A stretch of DNA of 40,290 bases from Candidatus Woesearchaeota archaeon (GCA_964561665.1 CAZLQA010000001.1:1-40290); one strand, 5' to 3'; shown: positions 16,812 to 24,995, counted from the stretch's first letter. Program-made: numbers and translations. The notes: generated from the sequence alone by a model not told the origin.

Positions 16812-18524
16812 CTATCCCCTTTCAATTTCGGGATGCCTTTTTCCCCTTGAGCTTATGTCTTCAAGAATCTTTATGTGTTTTTCCTTTTCTTTCCTGTAAT
16901 CATTCTCATTTGTCTCAAAATCGCCAATCATTTTCGCAACATATTCCCCTCCCAGGAAATAAGGAGTAAGAACATAGCTCGCCCCTTTCCTGTAAAGCTC
17001 AAACGCCTCTTTTACCTCGCTGGCCCTTACTATCACAATCGCGCTTTTGTTGACTTCCCTAACGGATTCTACAATAACCATATTCGTCTCAAAGTCGGGT
17101 ATTGTCGAGACAACAAGCTTCACTTTGTCAAGATTTAATTCATCAAGGAAATCGCTGTCATATGCATCCCCGTAAATTCCGGGTATTCCGAATCTTGAAA
17201 GAGAGGATATTGTATCCGGATTAAAATCAACAACCGCGTATTTCTTTTTTATTTTTTTCAATTCGCGGAGTATGCTGAATCCTATTCTGTTGTATCCGAA
17301 AAGAATCGCATCATATTTTTCTTTTGTTTTTTCGTCTTTCGTGATGCCTTTTTTTTCAAAAAGTGAAACAAATCCTTTTGTTTTTTTGTAAATTGCATTT
17401 GAATAAATTATCATATAAGTCGAGAGGAATATTGTTATTAATCCCGTAAGAGTTAAAATCGAGAGAATCTCTCCTGAGATAAGCCCCGTGGAAACCCCAA
17501 GTGCGGCAACAATCAGCGAAAACTCGGATATTTGGCTCAAAGTCGTCCCCACAAGAAAATTCGTTCTCTTCGTGTATCCAAACATCGCCGTCAGAGTCAT
17601 CAAAACCAGGGGCTTGAATGAAAGAGTTATCAGAGAAAAGACAACCGAATAAAAAATAATTGAGCTTACACTTGAAACAGGAACGTTGAACCCTAAAATT
17701 ATGAAGAAAATTATAAGAAAAAAATCCCTCAATGGCCTTATTTTAGAACTTATTTCCAATGAATACGGAGAAACGGACAGCGCCACTCCCGCAACCAACG
17801 CCCCGATTTCAATTGAAAATCCTATATAGCTGAACAACGCGGTGACTACAAAAGCCCATGTTATTGAAAATAGGAACAAAAGCTCCTGGGACTGGGCAAC
17901 TTTTTTTGTAACTTTTGGAAGTATGAAAAATCCTACAAGGAAAACCATCACAATCAATCCGGCGCCGCTCAAAATTTCCTTGACTGCAAGGCTGCCGAAG
18001 TTTCCGGCTCCATTCAGCGACGAAATAAACATCAAAACAATAATCGCAACCAAGTCCTCTATAATAAGTATTCCTATTGAAATTTTTCCGTAAAGGGAAT
18101 CAAGCTGTTTCTTGTCCGAGATGAGCTTCATGACAATGATTGTGCTGCTAAAAGTCAGCGCAATTCCTATGAAAGTGGAAGATACCTTGTCAAATCCAAG
18201 AAAGATTGACACGAAGAATCCGAGAAAAAAGGTAAGAGCCATTTGCCCGAGGCTTATAACCAGCGAAGGGGTTCCTATTTCCTTTATAACCTTTGGATTC
18301 AGATGCAAGCCCACCATGAAAAGCAAAAAGGCAATTCCAAATCTTGAAAAAATCTCTATAACTTCCTTAGAAGCTCCGGCGCTTATGATGAATGGGCTTA
18401 TTATAATTCCGGCAACTATGTACCCTATGACAAGAGGCTGATTGAAAAGTCTCACAAGGTATGACACTATAAATGCGGTGAAAAGTATCAGCCCAAGCTG
18501 GATGAATATGTTGTATTCCGTCAT
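16812..18524 (-). CDS. CPA2-family K+(Na+)/H+ antiporter with C-terminal RCK/TrkA-N domain (Kef-type)
   Basis: The 570-aa protein has a ~12-TM Na_H_exchanger-like N-terminal region, followed by AILFGYNRIGFSILREL (Rossmann GxGxxG-like) and an RCK domain. Confidence 0.85.
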   Translation of the reverse strand: MTEYNIFIQLGLILFTAFIVSYLVRLFNQPLVIGYIVAGIIISPFIISAGASKEVIEIFSRFGIAFLLFMVGLHLNPKVIKEIGTPSLVISLGQMALTFFLGFFVSIFLGFDKVSSTFIGIALTFSSTIIVMKLISDKKQLDSLYGKISIGILIIEDLVAIIVLMFISSLNGAGNFGSLAVKEILSGAGLIVMVFLVGFFILPKVTKKVAQSQELLFLFSITWAFVVTALFSYIGFSIEIGALVAGVALSVSPYSLEISSKIRPLRDFFLIIFFIILGFNVPVSSVSSIIFYSVVFSLITLSFKPLVLMTLTAMFGYTKRTNFLVGTTLSQISEFSLIVAALGVSTGLISGEILSILTLTGLITIFLSTYMIIYSNAIYKKTKGFVSLFEKKGITKDEKTKEKYDAILFGYNRIGFSILRELKKIKKKYAVVDFNPDTISSLSRFGIPGIYGDAYDSDFLDELNLDKVKLVVSTIPDFETNMVIVESVREVNKSAIVIVRASEVKEAFELYRKGASYVLTPYFLGGEYVAKMIGDFETNENDYRKEKEKHIKILEDISSRGKRHPEIERG

Positions 18525-18686
18525 TTTGCCTCTTTAAACGCAAAGCAAAGGCAACCATACTATAAAAAGTTTTTTTAAGAAAACTTTAAAAACGAATTTC
18601 CATAAAAGTAATTATGCCAAAAATGCCCGGACAGAGGTTATTGCATTTTTGGACATCCAAAAAACAAAAGAAAAAAAATTTTTAAG

Positions 18687-18995
18687 ATGCCAAAAGTAAG
18701 AATAAAACTAAACAGCACAAGCATAGAAATGCTAAACAGCATAACAGGTTCAATCATGGACATGGCTAAAAAATCGGGAATCGTCGTCCGAGGCCCCATC
18801 CCTCTTCCGACAAAAAGATTGAAAGTCACAACCCGAAAATCTCCCTGCGGGAGCGGGACGGCAACATTCGACAAGTTTGAGATGAGAATCCACAAGAGGC
18901 TCATTGACCTTCCTGCAAACGAAAAAATTCTTCACAACATCATGAGGTTGAAAATTCCGAAAAGCGTTAACATAAAAATCGAGGTAAAGGATTAG
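18687..18995 (+). CDS. rps10: Ribosomal protein uS10
   Basis: MPKVRIKLNSTS...GPIPLPTKRLKVTTRKSPCG.GT.TFDKFEMRIHKRLIDL is the canonical S10 signature. Confidence 0.9.
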   Translation: MPKVRIKLNSTSIEMLNSITGSIMDMAKKSGIVVRGPIPLPTKRLKVTTRKSPCGSGTATFDKFEMRIHKRLIDLPANEKILHNIMRLKIPKSVNIKIEVKD

Positions 18996-18998
18996 AAA

Positions 18999-19115
18999 AT
19001 GAAACGCTCCTCAAGAAGATGGAAAAAGCGATGGCAGATGCGATGGAAATGGCAAAGAAAACGTTTAAAGAAGGAAAAAAGAAAGAGAAAGCTCAGAAGA
19101 ACAAAAAGCAAATAA
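18999..19115 (+). CDS. rpl41e: Ribosomal protein eL41-like (38 aa, MKRSSRRWKKRWQMRWKWQRKRLKKEKRKRKLRRTKSK)
   Basis: My own translation. The extreme Arg/Lys/Trp composition and the KKRxxRxKxxRKRxxxxxR pattern resemble eL41. It starts 3 nt after the rps10 stop. Confidence 0.6.
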   Translation: MKRSSRRWKKRWQMRWKWQRKRLKKEKRKRKLRRTKSK

Positions 19116-19165
19116 TTCTGTTCTATCATAATAATTTATTTAAAGAAATGGGGGTTTTTCGGTGA

Positions 19166-19471
19166 ATGAGAGTAGATAAATATTCTGCTAAAGCAGTAAA
19201 AAGAGCTTTGATTGTTTATTTTGAAACATATCCCTTGATAAGAAATGCAAAAACCCCCGAGGAAATAAGAAAAGCGTTAAGCCAAAAAGATTATGGGATT
19301 TATACTGACGCAATGTATATACTAGATAATTCTCATTTAAAGGGAGAAGAAATAATCAAAATGCTTCTTGGAGGGGATTTAAGCAATAAAAGGCATGGGT
19401 TGATGGCAAAAACCCTTTCAAATCACCAAAACATAAGAATCACCATAGAAAGTATAGGGTTAAAAAAGTAA
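19166..19471 (+). CDS. Hypothetical protein (101 aa)
   Basis: ORF from the track. I recognise no family. Confidence 0.45.
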   Translation: MRVDKYSAKAVKRALIVYFETYPLIRNAKTPEEIRKALSQKDYGIYTDAMYILDNSHLKGEEIIKMLLGGDLSNKRHGLMAKTLSNHQNIRITIESIGLKK

Positions 19472-19532
19472 GAGGTAAAAAAGTCGCATTCATCATAACA
19501 ATCTTTATAAGTTTCCTTAAAAATATTATTTC

Positions 19533-20492
19533 ATGACGAGTGAAATTTGGACTGAAAAATACCGCCCGCAAAAATTTTCCGAGATGTTCGGGCAGGATGA
19601 AGTGATAAAAAGGGTTCACTCCCTCACAAATACGTTAAACATCCCCCATCTGCTTCTTGCAGGCCCCGCCGGAACGGGAAAGTCTACCCTTGCGCTGGTT
19701 ATTGTCAGGGAGCTGTACAGGGAAAGGTGGAAGGAAAACTTTCTTGAGCTTAATGCGAGCGATGAACGCGGGATTCAGGTTGTCAGGGAAAAGGTGAAAA
19801 CTTTCGCGAGGACAAAATCCCTCGGCAGTGTTCCCTTCAAGATAATTTTTATGGATGAGGCGGATGCCCTCACTCCTGAAGCCCAGCAGGCTCTAAGAAG
19901 AACCATGGAAAACTACTCCTCTACCTGCAGGTTCATTCTCTCGTGCAATTATTCAAGCAAGATAATAGACCCAATCCAATCGCGATGCATCCTTTTCAGG
20001 TTCAAGCTTTTGGAAAAAAAAGACGTGGAAAAGGTAATCAAGATAATTTCCGAGAAGGAAAAGCTGAACGTCAGTCCCGATGCGATGGAAATCATATACG
20101 AAGGCAGCGACGGGGACTGCAGAAAATGCATAAACATGCTGCAGTCAACGGCATCAATATCCCCTGTGATAACAAAAGAACTGGTGTCCACGATTCTTTC
20201 GGAAGCAAAGCCGCAGGACATAAGAACCGTGCTCGACTATGCAATATCAGGGGATTTTGAGAAGTCAAGGGAAAAGCTTTTCGACATAATGCTGAAGCAA
20301 AGCATATCTGGGCAGGAGATAATAAAATTCATCCAGAAAGAAATATGGAATCTCCCGGTGGAGCCAGAACTTAAAGTAAGGCTTACTGAAAAAACGGGCG
20401 AGGCGGAGTTCAGGATTATAGAGGGCTCTGACCCCTTTATTCAACTGCAGGCGCTGATTGCAAGTTTTGTTCTTGCAGGTTTGGGAAAATGA
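19533..20492 (+). CDS. rfcS: Replication factor C small subunit
   Basis: It has WTEKYRP (RFC box II), Walker A GPAGTGKST, DEAD-like FMDEADALT and the SRC motif (IQSRC). Confidence 0.95.
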   Translation: MTSEIWTEKYRPQKFSEMFGQDEVIKRVHSLTNTLNIPHLLLAGPAGTGKSTLALVIVRELYRERWKENFLELNASDERGIQVVREKVKTFARTKSLGSVPFKIIFMDEADALTPEAQQALRRTMENYSSTCRFILSCNYSSKIIDPIQSRCILFRFKLLEKKDVEKVIKIISEKEKLNVSPDAMEIIYEGSDGDCRKCINMLQSTASISPVITKELVSTILSEAKPQDIRTVLDYAISGDFEKSREKLFDIMLKQSISGQEIIKFIQKEIWNLPVEPELKVRLTEKTGEAEFRIIEGSDPFIQLQALIASFVLAGLGK

Positions 20493-20686
20493 AATTAAAA
20501 AGGAGGGCTGGTTATTGTGGAAAAACTTTCAGAACAATTCTGCGATTTCCCCGGGGGCAATTGGAAATCGCCGTTCAGTGCTTTGAATGGACTGGAAAGA
20601 AAGTTTGTGACTTTGTCGAGGTGCGTAAAAAAGTCACCGTTCAACAATTTGAGGAAGTTGAAAAGAAACCAGCGGGTTTCTTTTAA
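20489..20686 (+). CDS. Uncertain 65-aa ORF filling the rfcS-rfcL spacer
   Basis: Its ATG overlaps the rfcS TGA (ATGA), and its stop TAA abuts the rfcL ATG. A second frame is also open: GTG about 20516 to TGA 20688-20690, 57 aa, with aaggaggg upstream. The coding frame is therefore ambiguous. Confidence 0.3.
   Translation: MKLKRRAGYCGKTFRTILRFPRGQLEIAVQCFEWTGKKVCDFVEVRKKVTVQQFEEVEKKPAGFF
20542..20571 (+). other. Perfect 9-bp-stem hairpin inside the rfcS-rfcL spacer
   Basis: gcgatttcc - ccgggggcaatt - ggaaatcgc. Confidence 0.6.
20663..20684 (+). terminator. Terminator/attenuator-like hairpin plus T-run immediately upstream of the rfcL ATG
   Basis: aagaaacc-agcg-ggtttctt (8-bp stem, 4-nt loop) is followed by tt and then aaATG of rfcL. 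Confidence 0.4.
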
Positions 20687-21886
20687 ATGAACTGGACTGA
20701 AAAATACCGCCCTAAAATTTTTTCAGAAATTGTGGGGCAGGAAGAGGCAGTTGCAAAAGTTAAAAAATTCGTAGAGGATTTTCACTCCGGAAAATCCGCG
20801 AAAAGGAGGAAAAAAGCCCTTTTTCTTCATGGCTCACCCGGCACGGGAAAGACAACCATTGCATTTGCAGCTGCAAACGAGACAAACTCCGAGATTTTTG
20901 AATTGAACGCGAGCGATTTGAGAAATAAAATTAACCTGCAGGAAGTTTTAAGGCCCGCAGTTGAACAGCAGTCTCTCCTTAAAAAGAAAAAGATAATTTT
21001 AATCGATGAAGTTGACGGAATATCCGGTTTTTATGATAAGGGAGGTATTCTCGAGATTTTATCCCTTATAGAAGTTACTTCTTATCCAGTAATCATAACT
21101 GCAAACGACCCATGGGTTAAGAAGCTAAGCACTTTAAGAAAAAAAACAGAGATGATTAAGCTAAAGGAAATAAACTACAAAGTCATAAAGGATGTTCTCA
21201 TAGAAATTTTAAGAAAAGAAAATAAATTCCTTAACAATAATATCCTTACAGAAATCTCAATAAAGTCCCGCGGTGACTTGAGGGCTGCAATAAACGACTT
21301 GCAAAGGGAAGCCTCCCTGAAAAGCCTCGAAACCTCTCCCGTTTTGGATGAAAGGAACAAGGAAGGAGACATATTCAACGCGCTAAGAAGTGTATTCAAA
21401 GGAAAGCCAAGCAACGAAATTCTCGGGATTTTTGATTCGCTAAACATGGGAATTGACGAAGTGATGCTGTGGATTGAAAAGAACATTCCCTTGGAATATC
21501 ATGGAAAGGAATTGGAAAGGGCTTTCGATTTGCTGAGCAAGGCGGACGTTTTCAAGGGAAGAATATACAAGCAGCAATACTGGAGATTTTTGGTTTATGA
21601 AAACATATTTCTTAGTTATGGAATATCTTCCTCAAAAAATCCCTCGCGGGTTCCCCAGGGATTCACAAGCTACCAAAAACCCGACAGGATTCTTAAAATA
21701 TGGATAAATAATCAAAAAATCATCAGAAAAAAAGCAATCGCAGAAAAATACGCAAGATATGTTCACATAGGGAAAAAAAGAGCCGAGAGGGAATTCCCCA
21801 TGGTTGTGAAAATCCTGAAAAAGCCGGAAGTCCAGAAAGAAATAAAACTCAATGAAGAAGAGGTTGAGTATTTGAGGGAGATTTGA
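20687..21886 (+). CDS. rfcL: Replication factor C large subunit
   Basis: It has WTEKYRPK, Walker A GSPGTGKTT and Walker B ILIDEVDG. The 399-aa length and position directly after rfcS also fit. Confidence 0.9.
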   Translation: MNWTEKYRPKIFSEIVGQEEAVAKVKKFVEDFHSGKSAKRRKKALFLHGSPGTGKTTIAFAAANETNSEIFELNASDLRNKINLQEVLRPAVEQQSLLKKKKIILIDEVDGISGFYDKGGILEILSLIEVTSYPVIITANDPWVKKLSTLRKKTEMIKLKEINYKVIKDVLIEILRKENKFLNNNILTEISIKSRGDLRAAINDLQREASLKSLETSPVLDERNKEGDIFNALRSVFKGKPSNEILGIFDSLNMGIDEVMLWIEKNIPLEYHGKELERAFDLLSKADVFKGRIYKQQYWRFLVYENIFLSYGISSSKNPSRVPQGFTSYQKPDRILKIWINNQKIIRKKAIAEKYARYVHIGKKRAEREFPMVVKILKKPEVQKEIKLNEEEVEYLREI

Positions 21887-21897
21887 GAACAGCAATA

Positions 21898-22055
21898 TGG
21901 CTTTGTTAAAAAAATTCCAAATTGATTTGGTTTGTTAAAAAAAATGGCTCACTCCTCCGTCGTTCGTATATTAATAACAATTTTAATCCAAACCTAGTTA
22001 TTTTTTCATCAATTGTGAAGCCGAGATAAGGCGAACCAATTTTAAACAGAAACTC
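21898..22055 (-). repeat. Dispersed mosaic repeat, copy F (inverted orientation, both ends present)
   Basis: ggctttgttaaaaaaa.. is the inverted right end. atggctcactcctccgtcgttcgtatatt is the inverted core (28/29 to copy C). tagttattttttcatcaattgtgaagccgag is the inverse of ctcggctcacaattgatgaaaaattaacta. taaggcgaaccaattttaaacagaaac is the inverted left end of copy B. Confidence 0.8.
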
Positions 22056-22111
22056 TTATCAGACAAAATTACAATAATAAACTATTAAAACATCTCTCTC
22101 TATTCCCTATT

Positions 22112-22681
22112 ATGTCTTATGATATTCAGCTCGGAAGAAACAAGTCGGACAAGAAGCTGTTCGGGGAAAGGGGGTTTGTTTTCCTTGGAAAAAGCTATGT
22201 AAAAATGGGGCAGTATGATTCCCTGAGCAACAGGATTTTAATGGACATTTCAAGAAGCCACGTGGTTCTCGTCGCTGGAAAAAGAGGCTCCGGAAAATCA
22301 TACACCCTCGGCGTGATAGCGGAGGAGCTCTCAAATCTGGAAAAGGAAACAAGCCAAAACATCGCCTCTTTGTTTTTTGACACCATGGGAATTTATTGGA
22401 CGATGAAGTTCCAGAATGAAAAAGACAAGGACTTGCTTTACGAGTGGGGGCTGAAGCCAAAAACGCTGCCTGTAAAAATTTTCGTGCCTTTCGGGCATTA
22501 CCAGTCCTACGTTGAAAAAAGAATTCCCGTTGACGAGCCTTTTGCCCTAGATGTCACTGAATTAGAGGCGGAAGATTGGATTATAACTTTCGGATTGGAC
22601 ATGATTCATCCCGTATCTGTCTTGATTGAAAGAATAACAAGCCGCTTGAAAAAAGAGGGCAGATTTACAATAAGAGATTGA
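22112..22681 (+). CDS. HerA/DUF87-type P-loop ATPase, N-terminal segment (ends at an in-frame TGA)
   Basis: Walker A is present (VAGKRGSGKSYTLG). The ORF ends ..GRFTIRD-TGA at 22679-22681. Confidence 0.75.
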   Translation: MSYDIQLGRNKSDKKLFGERGFVFLGKSYVKMGQYDSLSNRILMDISRSHVVLVAGKRGSGKSYTLGVIAEELSNLEKETSQNIASLFFDTMGIYWTMKFQNEKDKDLLYEWGLKPKTLPVKIFVPFGHYQSYVEKRIPVDEPFALDVTELEAEDWIITFGLDMIHPVSVLIERITSRLKKEGRFTIRD

Positions 22682-22741
22682 ATAAAAAATATTGAAGATG
22701 ACGGAAAATCCTCCGTTGAAACAAAAAGCGCCGCCGCAGGA

Positions 22742-23422
22742 TTGTTTGAAGCCGCGGAAACGTGGGGAATTTTCTCGGAGAAGGCGGAGGAATCCACAAG
22801 AATAGAGGAGTTGGTTTCGGGAGGAAAAACAAGCGTTTTGGACTTGAGTGTTTACAATTCGATAGGGAGCTTCAACGTCCGCGCGCTCGTGATAAGCCTT
22901 GTCTCAAGAAAAATCTTCAACCAAAGAATGAATGCAAGAAAAAAAGAGGAAGTAAAGTCGGTTTCGGGCGGTTTTGATTTTTCTGCATCCTCTGAAAAAA
23001 AGGAAAGCCCACTCGTATGGATTTTTATCGACGAAGCCCATGAGTTTCTTCCTTTGAACGAAAAAACAGCCGCAACAGACGCGCTCGTGCAGTTGCTAAG
23101 AGAAGGAAGGCAGCCGGGAGTTTCAGTTGTTCTTGCAACGCAGCAGCCCGGGCAGATTCACAGGGACGTGATGACTCAGTCGGACATTGTAATCTCTCAC
23201 AGAGTCACAAGCCAGCAGGACCTGGAAGCCCTGAACCAGATAATGCAAAGTTATCTTATCGAAAACATAAAAAAATACATGGACGAACTCCCAGATATAA
23301 GAGGCTCTGCGATAATACTCGACGACAACTCGGAGAGGATTTACCCCGTGAAGATACGCCCGAGATTCACATGGCACGGGGGCGAGGCGCCTACCGCAAT
23401 AAACGCTGAAAAAAGGATTTAA
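22742..23422 (+). CDS. HerA/DUF87-type P-loop ATPase, C-terminal segment, in the same frame as 22112..22681
   Basis: The frame is open from 22682 (IKNIEDDGKSSVETKSAAAGLFEAAETWGIF..). Walker B is VWIFIDEAHEF, followed by ATQQPG and ISHRVTS motifs. There is no in-frame ATG or SD near the 5' end; the tracked start is a TTG. Confidence 0.75.
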   Translation: MFEAAETWGIFSEKAEESTRIEELVSGGKTSVLDLSVYNSIGSFNVRALVISLVSRKIFNQRMNARKKEEVKSVSGGFDFSASSEKKESPLVWIFIDEAHEFLPLNEKTAATDALVQLLREGRQPGVSVVLATQQPGQIHRDVMTQSDIVISHRVTSQQDLEALNQIMQSYLIENIKKYMDELPDIRGSAIILDDNSERIYPVKIRPRFTWHGGEAPTAINAEKRI

Positions 23423-23533
23423 TTTAAACTACTTTAAAGTAACTACAAACAGAAAGATTTATAAAGTTTGGGCATTTATGAATTCTATCTTAGCAATCAT
23501 AATATTGGTGATGAAAAGGAAGTAAAATAAAAA

Positions 23534-24019
23534 ATGAAAAACTTGATGAGAAAATTGGGTGTGGGCGCATTGATAACAGCAGGAGCCCTGTATTTGGGCG
23601 CGTGTGGCGACAATGACCATTCTTCAATGAGATTAAAGGGAAGAGATTATGTGGGAACTATAGAATTGGTAATCCAGGAAAAATTGCCTGATGGAAGGGA
23701 ATACAAGATTTTCAAATTAACTCCTGAAAACGTGCGCGAGCATCCTTATGCAATTGTTTCAATAGAAAATGGAGAGCAAAAAAGGTTTGTAACTCCCTAT
23801 GGAATAGGTCCTGTAAAAATAAAATGTGAACCTCAGGGAACTCAGATGGATTACAGTTGCAATTTTGATCCAGAAAACATTTTCATTAAAAGAGAAGATG
23901 CTCTTGGACGAGAAATAAAATTGTATTTGGATGAAAATAAAGGAAAAATAATGGGAATAAGCGATAGAATAACTAATGTTTTAAATACCTCTGCCCCACA
24001 TTTGTGGTTAAGTAAGTAA
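23534..24019 (+). CDS. Predicted secreted lipoprotein (161 aa)
   Basis: It has a signal peptide with a lipobox-like LYLGAC-GD (MKNLMRKLGVGALITAGALYLGACGDN). I recognise no family. Confidence 0.6.
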   Translation: MKNLMRKLGVGALITAGALYLGACGDNDHSSMRLKGRDYVGTIELVIQEKLPDGREYKIFKLTPENVREHPYAIVSIENGEQKRFVTPYGIGPVKIKCEPQGTQMDYSCNFDPENIFIKREDALGREIKLYLDENKGKIMGISDRITNVLNTSAPHLWLSK

Positions 24020-24027
24020 AATTAAAA

Positions 24028-24216
24028 ATGGCAAAAACATTGGGCAATATCGCGGGATTTCCTGAAAACAGCGAAAGAGAATCAAAAGACATCATAAACT
24101 ACCCGCCTGAAAATGAAAGCAAGGTTATGGGTAATCTTCTTATTTTATCAATGGCAGCAGGAGTATTTGGGATGGTAGCAAAGCTTTTATACAAAACAAC
24201 AGATTATCTTAATTAA
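24028..24216 (+). CDS. Small tail-anchored membrane protein (62 aa, one C-terminal TM)
   Basis: It has an acidic N-terminus followed by VMGNLLILSMAAGVFGMVAKLLY. It starts 8 nt after the lipoprotein gene. Confidence 0.5.
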   Translation: MAKTLGNIAGFPENSERESKDIINYPPENESKVMGNLLILSMAAGVFGMVAKLLYKTTDYLN

Positions 24217-24217
24217 A

Positions 24218-24508
24218 ATGAGATTAGAAGATATTAAACTGCCTGAAACGGCTACCGAAAAAGAACTTCTTGGGTTAGGAGCAATAAAAAAAGGAGATAT
24301 TTTCTTTTATGAAGACGGAATTAATGGGGTAACTGCAGGATGGAGAAGAGGAAGTGATGGCACTTATTACCTTTCCTATAAAGGAGTAGTTTCACAACCC
24401 AATCTAGAAAGTTCCGGAAGTCCAACAGGAAAGGAGATATATCCTCTAAGAAAACCTCCTGAATTCAAAGAAGACCAAAGGGAGCCAACAAAAAAACGCC
24501 CATTTTAA
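24218..24508 (+). CDS. Small soluble protein, paralog 1 of a tandem triplet (96 aa)
   Basis: IKLPETATEKELLGLGAIKKGDIFFYEDGINGVTAGWRR... There is a 1-nt gap to the previous gene. Confidence 0.55.
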   Translation: MRLEDIKLPETATEKELLGLGAIKKGDIFFYEDGINGVTAGWRRGSDGTYYLSYKGVVSQPNLESSGSPTGKEIYPLRKPPEFKEDQREPTKKRPF

Positions 24509-24509
24509 A

Positions 24510-24722
24510 ATGAACCTTGAAAAATCCTCAGAAGAAAGCATGGAAAAAGTTCCCAGAACAGCAACGGCAAGAGACCTTTTAAAATTAGGAGCAAGAATAA
24601 TAAATGTCTTAGGTGATAGAGCATATCAGGATTCTAAAACATACGCGATAGTTGTTTTTAAAAAAATTAAAGGTGGGGTTTACGAAAGGATTTTTGTCGG
24701 AACTCCAAGCCATCATGACTAA
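24510..24722 (+). CDS. Small soluble protein, paralog 2 of the tandem triplet (70 aa)
   Basis: KVPRTATARDLLKLGARIINVLGDRAYQDSKTYAIVVFKK... There is a 1-nt gap to paralog 1. Confidence 0.55.
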   Translation: MNLEKSSEESMEKVPRTATARDLLKLGARIINVLGDRAYQDSKTYAIVVFKKIKGGVYERIFVGTPSHHD

Positions 24723-24743
24723 TCATAAAATATTAAATCAAAA

Positions 24744-24995
24744 ATGAGCTCAAAAAGTTTGGAAAAAACAAGCAAATCTTCCAGAGTGGTTAAATTGCCT
24801 CAAATATCCACAGAAGAACAACTTCTTGGATTAGGCGCTGTAAGAGACGGTTACGGAATGAAATATGAAAATCCTGCTTTAGGTGTGATTGTATATTGGA
24901 GAAGATTATTAAATGAAAGAAATGAAAGTTTAGAAGCCACAAACTTATATGTATTTTCTCATCAAGAACCTATGAAAAAAAGCACTCTCCACTAA
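24744..24995 (+). CDS. Small soluble protein, paralog 3 of the tandem triplet (83 aa)
   Basis: VKLPQISTEEQLLGLGAVRDGYGMKYENPALGVIVYWRR... DNA-level similarity to paralog 1 is visible (caacttcttggattaggcgct vs gaacttcttgggttaggagca). Confidence 0.55.
   Translation: MSSKSLEKTSKSSRVVKLPQISTEEQLLGLGAVRDGYGMKYENPALGVIVYWRRLLNERNESLEATNLYVFSHQEPMKKSTLH

Noticed and set aside
22679-22681. Genome-wide reassignment of TGA (for example to Trp or Gly) as the explanation for the in-frame TGA in the HerA-like gene.
   Set aside because: TGA is clearly used as a genuine stop elsewhere in the window, often in ATGA start/stop overlaps (pyrE 8595-8597, rfcS 20490-20492, serS 15329-15331, Nop2/Sun 33230-33232, TrmB 2402-2404). 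A global code change is therefore unlikely. Only local read-through, error or decay remain.
23481-23528. A 15-codon ORF (MNSILAIIILVMKRK) in the leader of the small-protein operon as a possible leader peptide.
   Set aside because: It is too short, has no independent support and could be a chance ORF. I noted it only because it sits between the A/T box and the lipoprotein gene.
24230-24250. LPETAT in paralog 1 as a sortase or archaeosortase-type sorting signal.
   Set aside because: The motif is N-terminal and is not followed by a hydrophobic segment or a basic tail. It is part of a motif shared with paralogs that read VPRTAT and LPQIST. It is more likely just the start of a conserved helix.
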